A DNA stretch of 64,000 nucleotides from Mobula hypostoma (GCF_963921235.1 NW_026948187.1:6882001-6946000), one strand, 5' to 3'; shown: positions 48,500 through 60,620, counted from the first letter of the stretch. Made by a program: numbers and translations. Notes: generated by a model from the letters alone, not told the origin.

Positions 48500-49805
48500 T
48501 TTTATTGATTTCTAGATAGAAGAATACAGAATTCAAGAGAATACATATTGTAAAACAAAAGAAAGAATATAATAATCCCTAATACAGTATATTGAATCAC
48601 GTTAACGAACTCCTTAGTCTATATCCATATGGATTAGATTAATCCGTATATTAGAATATAAACAATCTTATTAAAAGAAGCGCTACCAAAGTCGAAGCTG
48701 TTTGGGGGAAAAAAAGAAAAAAAAGAAACTTATCAGGTAATAAAATATACTATTAATCAACTTCTATATCTTAACAAGAAGTCAAAGATTATGAAAATAA
48801 TTTAAAAATGGCCCCCACAAATTTTGAAAATCTTGGTTAGATTCAGAGATTGAACAACGAGTCTTTTCTAAATTTATGGATGCCATAATATCCCGTAACC
48901 ACTGGGCACGGTTAGGCGGAACAGCATCCATCCATTTAAACAAAAGCGTCCTTCTAGCCATAAGAGAGATAAAAACAATGCGCAGATCAGATGTCTTCAA
49001 AATTGTATCTTTCCTTCCAACAATACCAAATAGGGCAGTCAAAGGATCAGGCTTAAATTTACTTGCAAGAGTACAGAAAAAGTTTGGAATACTTCCAATA
49101 TTTTCCAAGACTTGGACAAGTCCAAAGCACATGAATCAGTGAAGCTTCTCCACTGTTACACCGATCAGAGTAGGGAGATAAATCCCTCTAAAAAAACGAG
49201 ATAATTTATCCTTGGTCATATAAGCCCTATGAACCACTTTACATTGTAGGAGGGAATGAAAAGCAGATATCGATGAAGTATTAACCAATTTAAAAATCTC
49301 GTTCCAAGTTTCTTCAGAAATTGAAGTCTGTAAATCTTGTTCCCAAAGATTTTTAATCTTGTCTGAAGACTCATTTCTTATTCCCAACAACATATCATAA
49401 ATATTGGGTATTGAACAATTATAGAATGGTTTCATATTAAGAATTCCATCTAATATGTTCTTATCAGGTCTATTAGGGAATGTATATAATTGAGATCGCA
49501 GAAAATCTCTAATTTGTAAGTACCGAAAAAATGGGTTTTTGGTAAACTATATTTATTTGACAATTGTTCAAACGAAGAAAGACTTCCTCCTACAAACAGA
49601 TCCCGGAAGCATGTAATGCCTAATCCTTCCCATTACTTAAAGACTACATCAGTCATAGAAGGTTTAAAAAATAATTTTAGGAAACTCTGACTAGAAAGGG
49701 AGAATCTCAGTAAATCACAGTATTTTCTAAATTGTATCCAAATCCTATTGCCTTGACGTGTCGAGGTGTTTAGCAATCCATAAGGGTATAGCACGATTTA
49801 AGCAG
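48500..49805 (-). mobile_element. L1-clade LINE ORF2 3' part (frameshifted)
   Basis: IKNLWEQDLQTSISEETWNEIF..SLLQCKVVHRAYMT..; FKWMDAVPPNRAQWLRDI..FQNLWGPFLNY. Confidence 0.75.
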
Positions 49806-49809
49806 CCTG

Positions 49810-50020
49810 CGATGGTCGGTGGTTCAATCTCCCCACTTAAGCTGCAGGGAAGGGCACGACTGCTCCACGTACGTGGACAGAATCCTTATAAGATATAAAT
49901 TAGATTAGATTGTAATATCTTTCAATGAATAGTAGCCCTTTCTCTGAACTTCTGCTGTTTTGGCTTACACGGGATCAAATCCACGATTAAGACAACGCAA
50001 TCTTCTCCACGCACCATCAT
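49810..50020 (-). pseudogene. TRBV: V18: TRBV 5' fragment truncated by the L1 element
   Basis: Leader MMVRGEDCVVLIVDLIP (49969-50020). Exon start ILSTYVEQSCPSL at 49885 with acceptor AG>AA. Rest missing. Confidence 0.8.
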
Positions 50021-50454
50021 TTTTACCAGATGCCGATTAGCATTGGAGTGCGGTTGAAGACTAACTTTTGGAAGCAGCAGATTGTGCCATCTGATAGCTT
50101 TTGGCGGCATTGGATTGGTTGATCGGCGCTACGTCATTTCCTCTGCAGTTGCCGCCTGGTTCATTTTCCGATTGCCATTCAAATTGTGATGGGGAGGGGT
50201 GGGAGAAGGTGGGGAAGTTGTCGCAGTGTGGAATTAGGAGCGATGCAGCGTTTCCAGACGGAAAAGGGACACAGATCGCGCCCTGGTACTTTCTCGTTTA
50301 GTAATCATGAAGGGGGAAATATGCAGCGTTACAAATTAAGAAGTGATTCGCAATTTTGATATTATTTTCTTTGTAATTTCCCCCGATTATTCTCATGATA
50401 CCATGAAATTCTTGCAAGAAGGAAAAGCCAGTCCACTTCTCTTGATTCACAGAA

Positions 50455-50592
50455 GTCTATCCATCCATCTATCCATCTGTGTATCTATCTATCTATCTTT
50501 CTATCCATGATTTTTCTAACTATCTTTCCATCCAGCTATCTATTTATCTATCCAACTATATCTCTATCTATATATTTATCCATCGGTCTGTC

Positions 50593-50649
<57 letters not shown>

Positions 50650-50670
50650 ATCTCTCTATCTATCTGTTTA
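50455..50670. repeat. (TCTA)n/(CT)n microsatellite
   Basis: Tandem arrays. Confidence 0.9.
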
Positions 50671-50985
50671 TCATCTTTTGGACATTGATTATCAGTTTTT
50701 TTTTCATTTATTCTATTGCCTCTCAGTATCACAGACAAGGAAGGAGTTACTGAGCCATATCCCAGGGGAACGATGGTGGGGCTGAATGACGAGTATCAGG
50801 TCATTCTCATTGACAATGTGACGGTTATATCGCAAACTCTGCGGAACAGCCAGCCCGTCGGGAAATCTTTGTGAATGGAGCCACATCCCCGATGATAGAA
50901 AATGATTCACGACCTCAGCTGCAAAGAGAGGCTTTCAAAATGGAGATAGTCAACCGACAGAGGATTCAGCATCCGTGGTTCAACA

Positions 50986-50999
50986 GCGCCCCCTGCAGG
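50986..50999 (-). promoter_or_regulatory. CTCF-like motif, intergenic
   Basis: CCTGCAGGGGGCGC. Confidence 0.6.
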
Positions 51000-51129
51000 A
51001 GTCACCGATCATCCTCAAGCTCTGAATAGAGATAAAGAAGATCATCTTCATATTCAAGTTAACCAGCAACTTGTCTGCATTTTGACGAGGGAGCCAGGAC
51101 AACCCATGAGAAAGCAGCGTAGTCTTGCA

Positions 51130-51900
51130 ACCATAAGCAAACATCGGATCATGAGAAGTAGGAGCAGGAGTAGGCTATCCGGCACATCGAGCCTGCCCCG
51201 CCATTCAATAAGATCATGGTTGATCTGTCCGTAAATCAGCTGCATCTACCTGCCTTTTCTGCATAACCCTTAATTTCCCTGCTAGGTAAATATCTATCTA
51301 TCTGTTTCATAAATATATTTAATGAGGAAGCCTCAGCTGCTTCCCTGGGCAGAGAAATTCACATATTCACCACTCTCTGGGGGAAACAAAAAAAACACTT
51401 TCTCCTCATCTCCGTCCTAAATCTTCTACCCTGAATCAAGAGACAATGTCCCCTATTTCTAGTCTCACCTGCCAATTGAAACAGCTTTCCTACTTCTATC
51501 TTTTCTATCCCTTTCAGAGGTTAGTATGTTTCAATAGCACCCCCTCTCATTCTTCTGAATTCCAGTGAGTACAGACCCAGGCCAACGATCTCTTCTCATA
51601 GGTTAACCCCTTCATCCCTGGAATTAATTTGGTGAACCCCCTCTGCACCGACTCCAAAGCCAGTATATCCTTCCTCAAGTATGGAGACCAGGATTGCACA
51701 GAGTATTCCATGTGCGGCCTCCCCAGTACGCTTTTTTGCAGAATGACCTCCCTGTTCTTGAATTCAATCCCTCTGCAATGAATTCCAACGTTCCGTTGGC
51801 CTTCTTCAAAACCTGTTGCACCTGCAAGCTGGATCAACACATGAGACGTGTCTGTAAGTACTGGAATAATCGGTTGTCTCTGCATCATGCTGCTTCTCGT
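51130..51900 (-). mobile_element. CR1-clade LINE 3' part
   Basis: LGRPHMEYSVQSWSPYLRKDILALESVQRGFTKLIPGMKGLTYE. Confidence 0.85.
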
Positions 51901-52025
51901 CTCTGCCGCTGTCTGCGTTTTCCTTTTCAGACCGTGAAGTACTAGCTTTCAAAGTGAATTATGTCGTCTCCACCTGCTCTGTTGCGGTTTTTTGCTCGAG
52001 GCTTCCGTCGCTGTCAGTCGCTGTG

Positions 52026-52427
52026 CAGACTCCGAGAGCAGAGATATGTGGCCGTGTGCTTCAGCTGCAGGCGAGAGGCGCTCAGAGTGAAGGCAGCGTT
52101 ACTGGGCCGGCTGGCTGTGAACCCCTCAACCTCCGTGTCCGGGGTCGCGCTTTGAGCAGCCGTGGAGTAGAATAGGTTCTGCGGCTCCTTTCCCGGGTAT
52201 TGTCTGTACCAGTACAGTTTATAAATGGTGCCGTCCTCAATGAGGCACTGGAGCGTTACTGTCTCGCCAACAGACTTAGGAACAACGGAGAGGGTCTGGC
52301 GGATAATCTCCGAATTCGCATTTGTTAGGTGAAAGCGGGAAGAAGAAGTTATTCATTAAATATCTCCGGTTTATCTCCGGACGTTGAGATGAAATGGAAT
52401 GACAGAGAGAGGGAAAGCTAGATTGAC

Positions 52428-52495
<68 letters not shown>

Positions 52496-52815
52496 GAATG
52501 GTAAAGAGTGAAAGGGAGAGAGAGGTAGAAACAGAGCGAGTGAGAGAGAGAGAGAAAGCGAGGAGTGGGAGATGGTGGGGAGAGAGAGACAAAGAGAAAG
52601 AGAAAGGTAGAAGGAGAAGGAGAGAACGAGAGAGGGAGAGAGAGAAGATGAAAGGACATGGAGACCAAGTAGGAGGAATGAAAATGAAACGATACATTAA
52701 TGTAAGAATGCGTGAAAGACAGAGGGAGATTAAGAGAGAGATGAATCAATAGAATACGATGCCAAGTTTCCTTACGATGGAACAAGACTGCGAGCGGTAG
52801 TACCAGGAACATCAT
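52026..52815 (-). pseudogene. TRBV: V19: TRBV30-like segment with open frame but splice acceptor AG>AA
   Basis: Leader MMFLVLPLAVLFH (52776-52815, GTAAGG). V exon 52026-52321 ANSEIIRQ..LQCLIEDGTIYKLYWYRQ..TYLCSRSL. RSS CACAGCG(52019-52025)-23-GCAAAAAAC. Confidence 0.85.
52430..52640. repeat. (GA)n microsatellite in the V19 intron
   Basis: Long GA run. Confidence 0.95.
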
Positions 52816-53621
52816 TCACTTGAGATTTAGAGACAAAGAATCGAACCCGTCCTGAAGGTGAAGCTGGGAACGACGATTGCCAAAGGCTGAGGGTTAACTC
52901 ACAGCACCACACCACATTGTCTATGATTGGCTCACCAGCCGCTCCCCCCGCTGAAAGCCGTTAATCGGAAACAGGAAAAAAGACGATACATATCACAGCC
53001 GATGGAGAGATTAGGTATCGGGTGAACGTTAAACTTCCGTGTCGCCTTCATCGATCTATTACATCTAGAGAGCTATGTATCTGTCTCTTAACTTCCTCTT
53101 ATCTGTCTGTCTATCTACCCATTTTCTACCTCTCTCCGTCTTTCTGTTCGTCTCCTTAGATGGCATCTTCAATATAATTGCAGACAACGGCACACCAGAC
53201 CCTCCTCCTTTGAAAGACGTTGCTCGGAAACTGGAAAACCATTGCAAAGGACCTCATAATGATTAATATTTTATGCGTTCGAATACACGGATGAAGGGAA
53301 TAACTGGTGAAGGACAAGTCTTCATGGCTGAATTAGTTCCAGAGAGTTATTCATCGGTCTCTTATTTGCCTGTGGTTTGTGATCCATGTGGCTACCTGCA
53401 TTAAGATATCATATCTTCGATATAATTGCATGAACTGCACCTGGAGCTTTGATGGTTTTGCTTCATTTAATCACTCCGTACGCGATGGGGGCAATTACAG
53501 TGAGCGCAGGTGAGACATGAATCTGGTGGTTCAGAACACGTGGTCTTGTGTCATGCGGTGACTGGGTGACTGAGCGGCAGCTTCCCGACCTGAAGTCAAT
53601 GTCGCAGCGATTTGTTGTAGA

Positions 53622-53635
53622 GCGCCCTCTGTTGG
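53622..53635 (-). promoter_or_regulatory. CTCF-like motif
   Basis: CCAACAGAGGGCGC. Confidence 0.65.
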
Positions 53636-54842
53636 TTTGGAGTTATAGTACCAAGGGACCCTGTGTACTTTAATTCTATTTGCCTTCGTTTACTCAACAC
53701 ATCCTTGAAGCGTTACCATCGGTGTACCTGCCCGAATGTTGTAAACGTACCCTCCTCGACTGCTTCTTTCAGCAACTCATTCAGTGTGTCTAACTTTATC
53801 TGAGCTTAAACAGATGTCCGTCAATATTAAATTCTGTAATCTGGGGCTAATCCGTTCCACCCCCGGAAAATAATGATGGTGCATCTTATCTGTGCTGCCG
53901 GTGATTTTTACAGGCCACGATAAAGTCAAGGTCCCAGTCAAGATAAATGTACTATCAAAGTACGTACACGGCACCATAGACAACCCAGAGATTCATTTTC
54001 TTGCAGGCATTTACAGGGAGCGGGTTAAGGTTAGGATTAGTGGGGTTAGCAGTCCATTCCAGCACAGTACCATCACATATGGCCACATATTCCCGCAGTA
54101 GTGTTGACTGTCTCCTTTCCACAAGATGATACCTCGGGGTTATTCTTATTGCCGCCGCACGGTGGCACTCTACACAAGAGTAAGACTTTCGGTTGTCCAA
54201 GTCCCACTCCTGGGTCGCAGAGTAAAGCGGTTGCTTGACGGTTAATCCCATTCTCGAAATATAACGCGCAGCCGAATTGGTTGCCAGGTATTCACTTTTG
54301 CTTCGCTTTCTTCGCTGACTTCTGGAAAATTCCGTGCTACACGCTTTCAATGTCCACTGCAATCGTCATCACTGCCAAATTGCTGGCATGATCATAGCTT
54401 GCATGACGGCAGTTATGAGGATATTTATAGGAGGTGTCCAGTTGGAAAAGCGATTGTTTCCGTGATGCACTCGTATACGACGCCAGCATTCACACCTCTG
54501 AAGCAATAAACATTTGGGCCGAGAGGCCACCGTCTGTAATATATGTTCTACAGCTCTGTTATTTGTAATTCATGAACAACACGGGAAAAAGCACTTTGGT
54601 TCACCATGTACGAAATTAATCTGTCTTTCTGCTGAACGTAATCCGTACCTTCCTCCTTATATTCTTCTCTCCGCCTCCCAAAACGGTACGATGACTCTAT
54701 TTGTGACATTGAGGTTAGATCGTCGTGTCCAGGACTGAAGGGACAGCTCCCGTTGTCCTGCTGAAATTGGAATGGGGCCCGGCCTTTCGACTGACATCCG
54801 AATCGGCAAATGAATTGATCCACAGACCATTCAAGCACTAAG

Positions 54843-54883
54843 CTTCCGGTGTCGCAACTCGGTGACGTGTGGGTGAGGGGCGG
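54843..54883 (+). promoter_or_regulatory. V20 promoter: ETS, CRE half-site, GC box
   Basis: CTTCCGG, GGTGACGTG, GGGGCGG, 95-135 bp upstream of the ATG. Confidence 0.6.
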
Positions 54884-54977
54884 AGCTTCATGCGTTCACC
54901 CATGACCTGACAAGGCATTCAAAAGGTTGTTCGTTCCGATCTCCCTTCCACTTGGAGGGAACGGTCTAAGTTCAAAG

Positions 54978-55653
54978 ATGTTGGTGTTATTGGAGCTGCT
55001 GGTCTGGCTTCACGGTAAATGACAGCTTCAATTTGCGAGCATTTTAAGGAACCAGTTCTACATTACCCTTCCTGTGCTCCGTTAATTCTTGTACTATTTG
55101 TTTCCCCATCGCTCTTCTGTGTTTCTTTCTCACTTATTCCATCGTCGCGCTCTTTTGTTATTTAGTTCTCACCTCTCTCCGTCCAATTATAATTATTTTC
55201 TTTTATTCTCTCGCTCTGTCTATTTCTTCCCCATCTCTTTCTCTACTCCCCATATGCCTCTGCTTCCGGCATCTCTCTTTCTCCTTCTTTCCCCCCTGTC
55301 TCCATGATCCGAGTCTACCTGCCTACTGACGTCGTACCCCTCTCCTCTCTTCCCCAGCCGCGAACTCGCAAACTATCCAGCAGACTCCTCTGGCTTTTTC
55401 CGGTTCACCGGGGAAGCCGATGGCCCTGAACTGCAGCGTGGAGGGCAGCAGCACTTATCGCGTGTACTGGTACCGGCAGTACCCGGGGCAGGAGCCGCAG
55501 TTCATGTTCTACAGCTACGGTGCTAACTCTAAGAATCCCGACGGGGAGGTCGATGGATTTACCCTGCAGACGACGAAAGATAACGAGGCCAAACTGGTGA
55601 CCAACAGCCTGCGGGTGAATCACTCGGCCGTGTACTTTTGCGCCTGGAGTACT
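54978..55653 (+). CDS. TRBV: V20: inverted TRBV30-like segment, likely functional (leader 54978-55014, V exon 55358-55653)
   Basis: MLVLLELLVWLH|AANSQTIQQ..NCSVEGSSTYRVYWYRQ..NHSAVYFCAWST. Full-consensus RSS CACAGTG(55654-55660)-23-ACAAAAACC(55684-55692). Confidence 0.95.
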
Positions 55654-57158
55654 CACAGTGACACGCCGAGAGGGAAGAGCTCGACAAAAACCCCAGACTG
55701 CATGTAAACGGCGTGACAGATGCAAGCACACGTGGCCGTGTGGCCGTGCCTTGTTGTGTTGTTTTGTTTTGACAGAGGAAACGCGATGTGGATTGTAAGC
55801 AGAGGGTTTTGTAACAACGAGGAGAGAGCAGGTGACCGATCTTCCGGCAAGATGCAAGCTCTTACACCCGCCTTGTGACGTCAGCACACCCAGCACACTC
55901 CGACAAGCCCCGAACTGACACCGATTTACCTGAATGTGAGGTGGAAAACACACAGTGGGATTTCATTACACTGACTGTCACTTGATTCTTCCCTGACACG
56001 ACGTCTCCGTTTTCCTGCTTTTTTTTCAGAAGCGACGCCCTTCCTGCTTTTGAAAGTCCTATCATTAATGAACCATTTATAATTACACCCTGTTTTTTAG
56101 TTTCCGATCGCATTTATAGTAAAAAATACCCCTTTCATAGTTTCGCCTTTCATAGTTCCATGTAGATTTTTTTTATCCCAAATGGGACGCTACTCCGTCC
56201 TGTTACAATCGTCCCTGAGAAGGGAGAAACGGCCTCCACTTCCTCGTCGAGAGCACTGAATGTAAGGTGTAAGATGTCGTGCTGGGTTGGACGACAAGCG
56301 GAATATTGCACACAGCTTGGACAGGAATCGTGTTGCGACCATAGGAAGAACGGAGGAGATAGTCATACGTGTGTTTCCTGGATAAGAGGACAGCAAATGT
56401 ATTGAAGATGGATCGGCTGGGCTTATTTTCACTGGAACTGATGACGACATACGGGTTTATAAAATTAAAAAGCTCGAAGTTAGGTTATTTTGCCAAGACA
56501 GTGGTTCCATAACTACAAGGTCCATGTTTAAACTCGGAAGAGAAACAATGATGGAAATGTACAGGAGACGACGGGCATTGGATGTGAAAGGCAAGTTGAT
56601 TAATAGGATGAGGAGGACGGCAGCAAGTGGGGGAGAGACGGGAGAGGAGATAAAAGATGAGGAGAGGAGGAGATTGTGAATGAAGAGAGGAGTAGGTTGT
56701 ATGGGAAAAGAGGCTCGAGGGAGGAGAGGGAGGGACATCAGGTATATCAGGTGACGCCGCTGTATGTAACATTTTTCTACGTTCTCCCGCCATGGTCCAT
56801 TTTCTTCCCGCAGTACTGGTTGGTAGATTAATTGCTGGTTGCAAAATACGCCGTGATTAGGCGAGTGTGGCGGAGCGGCTTGAAGGACTGTATTTCAAAA
56901 AAAAGCAAGTAAAAATATACAAATAAATAAATAGATAGATAGAAAGGTAGACAAATACATAAATGAATACGACATTCTTCGAAACTCTAAAGGTTTCGTT
57001 CTGAGCTGAACACCAGCCAGCTCCGGAAACCCCCTGTAAACATGGCCCGGATCTGCTGTCCGGTAAGGATTAACGACCTCACTAAAGGAGACAGCCTCAT
57101 CAAAACAGGTGCTGAATCGACACGGCGCTCTTCAGCTCCAGTGTTTCCTGGTGCAACA

Positions 57159-57172
57159 GCGCCCCCTGCAGC
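57159..57172 (-). promoter_or_regulatory. CTCF-like motif
   Basis: GCTGCAGGGGGCGC. Confidence 0.55.
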
Positions 57173-57577
57173 CTCCTCCGTAGATGCAATCCCAAAGGCA
57201 GGCGGCTTTCCTTGGACTTTGATGGCTGGGCATGTGCTTTACGGTGGGCGGGAGGAACTTAAGTAGCTGCGTTGGGCTCTGATTTATTTTGTCATTTTTC
57301 TTTAATGTTCTTTTTTCGATGTTCTATTGAACAATATGGGCCTGCTAAGTAGGCGTCTGAATGTGTGGTGACATTGGCAGGCTGTCCCCAGCCCATCCCC
57401 GGGTGTAAGGGTAGTCAAAGCCATCAGCGGACTTCACGGCATACCGAACTGGAATGAAGAAGCTGCCAATGTTTCCCCACCGCAGTGTGGATCATTTCTG
57501 TTACCGGGAATTGGGTGCAAGAGATACTCTTACTTAGCTCTCCGCTCCATCTGCCCCCATCTATGTCAGTCGCCGTG

Positions 57578-58697
57578 CAGACTCCAGGCGCAGAAATATG
57601 TGGCTGTGTGGTTCAGCTGAAGGCGGCTGACACTCAGAGTGAACTCATTGTTTTTCGGTCGACTGGCTGTAAACCCGTCCACCTCCGTGTCCGGCGCCAC
57701 GCTTGGAGCAGCCATCGAGTAAAACAGGTTCTGCGGCTCCTTCCCCGGGTATTGTCTGTACCAGAACAATCGGTAGGTGCTGCTGCCGTCGACGGTGCAG
57801 TGAAGCGTCCGTCTCCCGCCGGGAGACGCGGAAACAGCGTCGGCAGTCTGGCGGATCATCCTCGAGGTCGCGAATGGTGATTTAAAGAACAAAGGAGGGG
57901 AAAAAATAAATAAATACATTCGGTAAAGGCAGCGACTTCGTGCGATGGAGAGAAGTCCAGACAGTAATAGAGGCAGGTATTGAAAAAACAGAACGTGATA
58001 GAGAAATAACCCGAGCGCGCCAGGGAGAGATGAGACAGAGACATAGAGAAATCGATAAGGAGACAGATAAGACTGGTTTATAGATAGAGATGGAGGGATA
58101 GGGAGGATGAGGGAAGGGTGTGGCGGTGCGGAGTGAAAGGACGAGGCGGAGGGAGGAGCGAGGAAGGATAATTATTGAAAGGTAGACAGATAAATAAAGA
58201 AATGGGAGGAAGTGGAGTGGAGATGGCAGCAGTAGGGGGAGGTGAGAGAAGAGTGGGGAGGCAGGGTACGGGCCGAAGCTGAGCTGGTAGGAAGAGCGTG
58301 GGTGAGGTTGAGAGCGATGGATGGACAGGAGCGGTGTGGAGCGAGAAAGAGATAGACGGATAAGAAAGGAGTCCGAAAATTCAGAGAGTTAGCAAGACAG
58401 AACGTGCGAGGCAATCCGAGGATGAGAGTGGATAAGTTCTGAAAGTGGCCAAGCGCGAATACAAGGGCAGAGCAAAGTCGGAAAATGTGGAGCAGGAAGA
58501 ACAGGGGTCGATAAAGATGATACTCACAGGGTAAGGAGGTCGACGTTACTTAGAGATAATGTGGACAATTTGATAAGACAGAATGAGAAAGAAAGAATGA
58601 AAACATGGAAGTAGGGAACATTGGATTTGAATATTAGCCGTCGTTGCGAATATTCCTTACTGTACAAGCAGGTCAGAACCGCCAGTCGCAAGAACAT
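57578..58697 (-). pseudogene. TRBV: V21: TRBV30-like pseudogene (acceptor and nonamer lost, frame open)
   Basis: Leader MFLRLAVLTCLY (58661-58697). V exon 57578-57873 ends TYFCAWSL. Acceptor CAT. Heptamer CACGGCG(57571-57577) but the nonamer position reads GAGCGGAGA. Confidence 0.85.
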
Positions 58698-59645
58698 CCT
58701 TCACTTAAAGCTCTACTTCAGGAAGCGTAGAGGACAGATATAATGACTGCATAAGGTTACAGTTTGGTTTGCAACGCCACGCTCCCGCTTCTGTCATTGG
58801 CATTGCAAATCCTCCCTCGCTGGATGACGTCGCATTCAGAGCAGAAACCGGAAGTGCGCAAAGTTACAACGTCGACATATGTGCATTGTATCCGCCGGAG
58901 CAAATGTGCGGGACAAAACATGAAATGAGGAGTCATCGTTGTCGTTGTGTGACCTGTGTGTCCGTTTCTCATCACAGTTTCTGCCTGTTTGTTTGTCTTT
59001 CTATGTTTAGGTACTTCAGGTTTATTCAAAGATAAATGAGATACTGGGTAACAGGACCGTCCGACCCAATGAAGCCTCGCCGCCCAGTTACACAGATGTG
59101 ACCAAGTAACCTCCTGTCCCGTACGTCCTTGCAGGGTGGAGTTGGGGCACCGAAGGGAACTGACGCCGTCACTGGGAGGAACGTACGGATTTCATATAGG
59201 CGGCGGAAGCAGCGGAACCCAGGCTTCTGGTGCTGTGAAGCGACGCGCTGACTGGTACGTTACGGTGTCCCCGTATGTTTGTGTGTGTTATGCATGTGTG
59301 TATGGTTGTATGTATCGATCTGTCTTGCAATCTATCTTGCCACGTATCTCTCTATAAATCGATCTATCTGGCCATCCATCCGAGTCTCGAGTTGCAGACT
59401 TGCATGTCATTGCACACGCCAGCTTCTGCACGTCATAAAACATTTTTCCCTCAAGCAGTCCGGCCCTCGGTTCGACATCACCGCTCTCAGTGTCAAAGAG
59501 TGAGGTGGAGATGTTTTTTTTATCAGTGATGGTTGAGCTGTGACCATGCTTTATTTTTTAATGTGGAGCCTTGCATTGCAAGGTCGAGATAGGCGACTGA
59601 CTGCTGCCCCACTCAGAAGTCACTGCCGCTCCGTTTGGTCTTAGA

Positions 59646-59659
59646 GCGCCCCCTGCTGT
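59646..59659 (-). promoter_or_regulatory. CTCF-like motif
   Basis: ACAGCAGGGGGCGC. Confidence 0.6.
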
Positions 59660-59814
59660 CACCCTGCAGAGAAACGGGCGCGACAGCACAGCTTGTCCAT
59701 CCATCGGAAAGTCACTGAAATGTTGTAACTGTGACAACATCGGCAGCTTCGATAGAAATACACCACAATGCAACTGTGAATTGGACTTCCTGAGGAAGTG
59801 ACCTCAGACTCACA

Positions 59815-60620
59815 GGATGCACAACTACTACACCGTCCCCATCATCCTGAACACTGGTATCCCTCAGGGCGGTGTGTGTCGCCCATTACTGTACACTCTC
59901 CACACACACATGACCTCACGGCCAAACACCCGGCCAATCACGTTGACAAATTCCCCGATGTCACCCAAGCGACTCTGCACGAGGCACGGTAGAGGAGGTG
60001 GAGGACATCGAGGCCTGGGGCCAGGCATATAACACCGTCAACAAGACAAGGGAAATGTTTTAAAAATCGAATTCAGATGAAGTCGCCGCATTCACATACC
60101 CCTTCACACATGATGGCACCACAGTCCAAACTGTGAGCAGTTTCGAACTCCCGGAGTGCACATCACATGCAAACTCATAACTCCGTTATCACCCCAGAAC
60201 TCACATTTTAGAATCTAGGAAGCTCATCAATGTCCTGATTTCCCAGGAGGCGGAAGACAGCTGCGCATTGCACATGCGCATCAAGTCATGCTACAACTGC
60301 CTGATGGAGAGCATCCCAGCGTTATCGCAAGGCACGGAAGCCGCACTGCAGTGGACAGGGAGGCCCGACAATGGCTAATCCAACCTGACCCACGAATCAC
60401 CGGTAGCAGTCCTCCCCGCCGTCACTGAAAATTATACAGAAAGGCGCTGGAAAAGTGCCAGTATCATCATGACTGATCCCACCTACTCTGCTGATGGACT
60501 GCTTTTTCCAATCTAAGCAAGGAAGAGGTTACGTGGCATATACGCCATGATTACTAGCCTCAAAAACAATTCCCTTCCCCAAACAGTAAGCCTGATCGAC
60601 ACTTCCATCCACTCACCCAC
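59815..60620 (+). mobile_element. Degenerate Rex1/Babar-like LINE
   Basis: PIILNTGIPQGGVCRPLLYTLHTH and decayed downstream RT/C-terminal sequence. Confidence 0.7.

Noticed and set aside
53955-54500. 135-aa ORF as a host gene
   Set aside because: Looks like frameshifted non-LTR retrotransposon sequence, and the clade cannot be assigned by eye
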